Shown here: in pieces, positions 29,523 through 32,000 of the stretch | Layout: each line of letters begins with the position of its first letter | How positions within the stretch are numbered: the stretch's first letter is position 1 | Source of the DNA: Methanothermobacter thermautotrophicus str. Delta H | GTDB lineage: Archaea; Methanobacteriota; Methanobacteria; Methanobacteriales; Methanothermobacteraceae | Length of the DNA stretch: 32,000 nucleotides | Direction of reading: 5' to 3' | Assembly (NCBI RefSeq): GCF_000008645.1 | Contig: NC_000916.1 | Coordinates: 1,530,001 to 1,562,000, forward strand | Notes under the pieces: generated by a model | What the model was told of the DNA's origin: nothing | What the model saw: the letters and a program-made list of their open reading frames with translations, nothing else | The model's database searches: none | Translations under genes and position numbers: made by a program

Positions 29523-30602
29523 ATGGTCTCCATCAGGGATATATTTGACAAACTTGGCGGCATAACACTCACATCCACAAAGAAGGTGGGTGAGGGTGTC
29601 CAGAAGCCGGTTCAGAAGATGGGTGAAATAAAGCCGAAGGCACCCCCCATTGGAAGGCCGGGAGGACTTCTGAAGAGGAGTTCAGAGAAACCAAAGCCAG
29701 GATTTCTCTCAAGGAGGGGCTCCGCCTGCGTTATAAGCCGCATGAAAATGACTCCTGAGGAGATAGAGGTCTTCAAGGGACTCATAGAAGCAGATAAGAG
29801 GCTGGAGGAGAGGGGTGAGGACAGTGCGACTCGTGCCAGCTTTGAGAGGGCGTCTCTTGAGGAACTCCTGAAGGAGGAGGAGAAGGAAAAGCTTGACCCT
29901 AAACTCATAATGATCCTTGGAGGTGGATCAGGAGCGGTCCTCCTGGTGGTGATGGTCCTCCTTGGATTTGGAATTGAGATAGGCCTTGCAATGATGCTTG
30001 CTGTTCTTTTCATGGCGATAATTATAATCTTCCTCCCGAACCTCCAGAGGGGTAAACGTTCAAGTGAGGCTTCAAGGGAACTTCCCTTCGCCCTCCGTCA
30101 GATGGCAACCGAGCTCAAATCCGGTCTCGGGCTCCATGACAGTATGAGATCAGTTGCAATGTCAGGATACGGGGCACTCTCTGAGGAATTTGCAAGGACC
30201 CTTGAGGAGATCAAGTATGGTGAGACAACGGAGAATGCACTCATTGAGATGAGTAACCGCATAGAATCTGATGGGCTTAAGAGGGCGGTTTACCAGATCA
30301 CAAGGACCCTCAACAGTGGTGGGGACCTATCAAAGACCCTGAATGTTATAGCCGATGATATTGCCTATGAAATGAGGATGAAGCTCAAGGACTATTCACA
30401 GAAGCTTAATTCATTCACAATGATATACATGTTCCTGGCGATTCTCGGCCCTGTGATATTCCTCGTCATGCTTCTTGCAGCCGCCACGGTCATGGGTTCA
30501 GTTCTACCACCCATAGCCATAATAATGATATACCTGTTCCTTTTCCCCATGCTCGTGGGGTTCATGGCCTTCATGATAAAAAGACTTGAGCCAAAGCTCT
30601 AG
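29523..30602 (+). CDS. Type II secretion system F domain (TadC-like) membrane protein
   Basis: LPFALRQMATELKSGLGLHDSMRSVA...FARTLEEIKYGETTENALIEMSNRIESDGLKRAVYQITRTLNSGGDLSKTLNVIADD plus TM helices. ATG at 29523 preferred over the track start at 29445. Confidence 0.9.
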   Translation: MVSIRDIFDKLGGITLTSTKKVGEGVQKPVQKMGEIKPKAPPIGRPGGLLKRSSEKPKPGFLSRRGSACVISRMKMTPEEIEVFKGLIEADKRLEERGEDSATRASFERASLEELLKEEEKEKLDPKLIMILGGGSGAVLLVVMVLLGFGIEIGLAMMLAVLFMAIIIIFLPNLQRGKRSSEASRELPFALRQMATELKSGLGLHDSMRSVAMSGYGALSEEFARTLEEIKYGETTENALIEMSNRIESDGLKRAVYQITRTLNSGGDLSKTLNVIADDIAYEMRMKLKDYSQKLNSFTMIYMFLAILGPVIFLVMLLAAATVMGSVLPPIAIIMIYLFLFPMLVGFMAFMIKRLEPKL

Positions 30603-30740
30603 CATCCGGTCGACAGCCACATTAATTTTTTGACAGCTTTGATGGATATCTGAGCTCTGGATCAATTTTTTAGAACTTTCACTTTACCGAAAAAAGGTTC
30701 TCCGGGCATTTGAAGCTTCGGATAAATTTTGCACAGCTTT

Positions 30741-31676
30741 TCACTGTTCCTTCAGGGCGTGGAGGAGTTCATGGTATTTCTTCTCACCAAGGAGGTGGAT
30801 GAGCCTGTGCTGTTTCTCCTCGCCCAGAAAATGGAGCAGTCTGTGGTATGCATCTCCACCCAGGAGGTGGAGGAGTTCATGGTAGGTTTCCTCCACAGTC
30901 AGCTTCACATCAACTTCGAAACCAGCCATCCTGAGACGGTTCAGCAGATCAGCCGTCCGTGGAAGCCTTAAACTGGCCCTCCTGATTAGTTCAGCATCCC
31001 TGAATATCTCCAGGGGGGTGCCCTCTGCAATGAGTTCGCCACTGTTAAGGACAAAGACCCTCTCTGCAAACTGACTTATTATTTCAACGTCATGGGAGGA
31101 AATCATGACCGTTATGCCCTCCCTGCTCAGTTCAAGGAGTATCCTGATTATACCATCGGCTGTCTCCGGATCCAGACCGGTCGTTGGCTCGTCAAGAACC
31201 ATGATCTCAGGCTTCATTGCAAGTATACCTGCAATGGCCACCCTCTTCTTTTCCCCTCCGCTCAGGTGGTGTGGCGCCCGGTTCTCATAGCCGCTCATAC
31301 CAACCTTTTCCAGTGATTCAGCCACCCTCTCCTCAACCTCATCCTCAGGAAGGCCGAGATTCATGGGTCCAAAGGCAACATCCTCCCTGACTGTTGGTGA
31401 GAATAGCTGGTCATCAGGGTTCTGAAAGACTATTCCTACCTTCTGCCGGATCTTGATCAGTTCATCCTTGCTGTAGTCTACCCTTTCACCATCAATTATG
31501 ACCTCACCGGCAGCTGGTTTCAGTATACCGTTTAGGTGCAGAAAAAGTGTTGATTTGCCTGCCCCGTTGGGCCCTATAACGGCAACCCTTTCACCCCTCT
31601 CCACCTTCATGTTGATACCCCTGAGGGCTGGTGTGCCGTCCGGGTAGCTGTAGCTTAAATCCCTGAGCTCGATCAT
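30741..31676 (-). CDS. cbiO: Energy-coupling factor cobalt/nickel transport ATP-binding protein with His-rich C-terminal repeat
   Basis: Walker [78 protein letters not shown]. The ATG at 31676 ([11 protein letters not shown]) is the likely start. Confidence 0.93.
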   Translation of the reverse strand: MIELRDLSYSYPDGTPALRGINMKVERGERVAVIGPNGAGKSTLFLHLNGILKPAAGEVIIDGERVDYSKDELIKIRQKVGIVFQNPDDQLFSPTVREDVAFGPMNLGLPEDEVEERVAESLEKVGMSGYENRAPHHLSGGEKKRVAIAGILAMKPEIMVLDEPTTGLDPETADGIIRILLELSREGITVMISSHDVEIISQFAERVFVLNSGELIAEGTPLEIFRDAELIRRASLRLPRTADLLNRLRMAGFEVDVKLTVEETYHELLHLLGGDAYHRLLHFLGEEKQHRLIHLLGEKKYHELLHALKEQ

Positions 31677-31680
31677 CCAA

Positions 31681-32000
31681 TCACCAGTAGCCGAGCTGGA
31701 GTATATGGAGCAGCGCGAGTATAAAGATGTTTGCGGCTGCAAAGAGGACATCCCACCTGCCAAGGGTGCTTCTTGCAGTGTACATCTGACTGTCTTGACT
31801 GTACCCACGGCTCAGCATGCTGAGGTACACCCTTTCCCCCTGCTCATATGCCCTCAGGAACATCATTGCAATGGTCTCACCCACCTTCCTGAGCCTCCAC
31901 CTATAGGATGTCCTTTTATTCCATATATCAAAGCAACGGGTCTTCTGTGCGTTCCTTATCCTCTCAAGTTCATCATAGAAGAAGAACAGGTACCTTACTG
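31681..32000 (-). CDS. cbiQ: Energy-coupling factor transmembrane protein CbiQ, partial (gene continues beyond the window)
   Basis: Frame is open to the window edge: [80 protein letters not shown] is CbiQ-like and the gene lies next to cbiO. Confidence 0.88.
   Translation of the reverse strand, partial: VRYLFFFYDELERIRNAQKTRCFDIWNKRTSYRWRLRKVGETIAMMFLRAYEQGERVYLSMLSRGYSQDSQMYTARSTLGRWDVLFAAANIFILALLHILQLGYW

Overview
This window is core-genome sequence from a methanogenic euryarchaeon. Protein content and gene order strongly suggest Methanothermobacter. I see no CRISPR array, rRNA, convincing tRNA, prophage or IS element. Most genes belong to known families: TFE, ComA, FtsZ, SecE/Spt5, the L11/L1/P0/P1 ribosomal cluster, AlaS, methanogenesis marker 16, ThiI, FBP aldolase/phosphatase, a CDP-alcohol phosphatidyltransferase, Sua5, RadB, an aminotransferase, ABCE1/Rli1, a histone, Pth2, an MfnE-like kinase, aEF-1beta, a TctA-like protein, a Zn-ribbon methyltransferase, a TadA/TadC-like pair and CbiO/CbiQ. 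The best lead for an under-described system is the compact minus-strand cluster comA, orphan soluble ABC ATPase, cysteine-rich HypB/CobW-like GTPase, Fe-S-motif protein and CofE-like ligase (688-4531). It looks like a nucleotide-driven metallocofactor or coenzyme assembly module. Other notable signals are an apparent frameshift splitting a DUF434-type gene (about 17017-17048), a four-unit 12-aa His-rich tail repeat on the CbiO-type ATPase, two independent ~51-52 nt tandem duplications at gene edges, a perfect hairpin abutting the ribosome-binding site of rpl1 behind a probable internal promoter, and a structured leader before the aminotransferase. All calls come from reading the sequence only; no database search was run.
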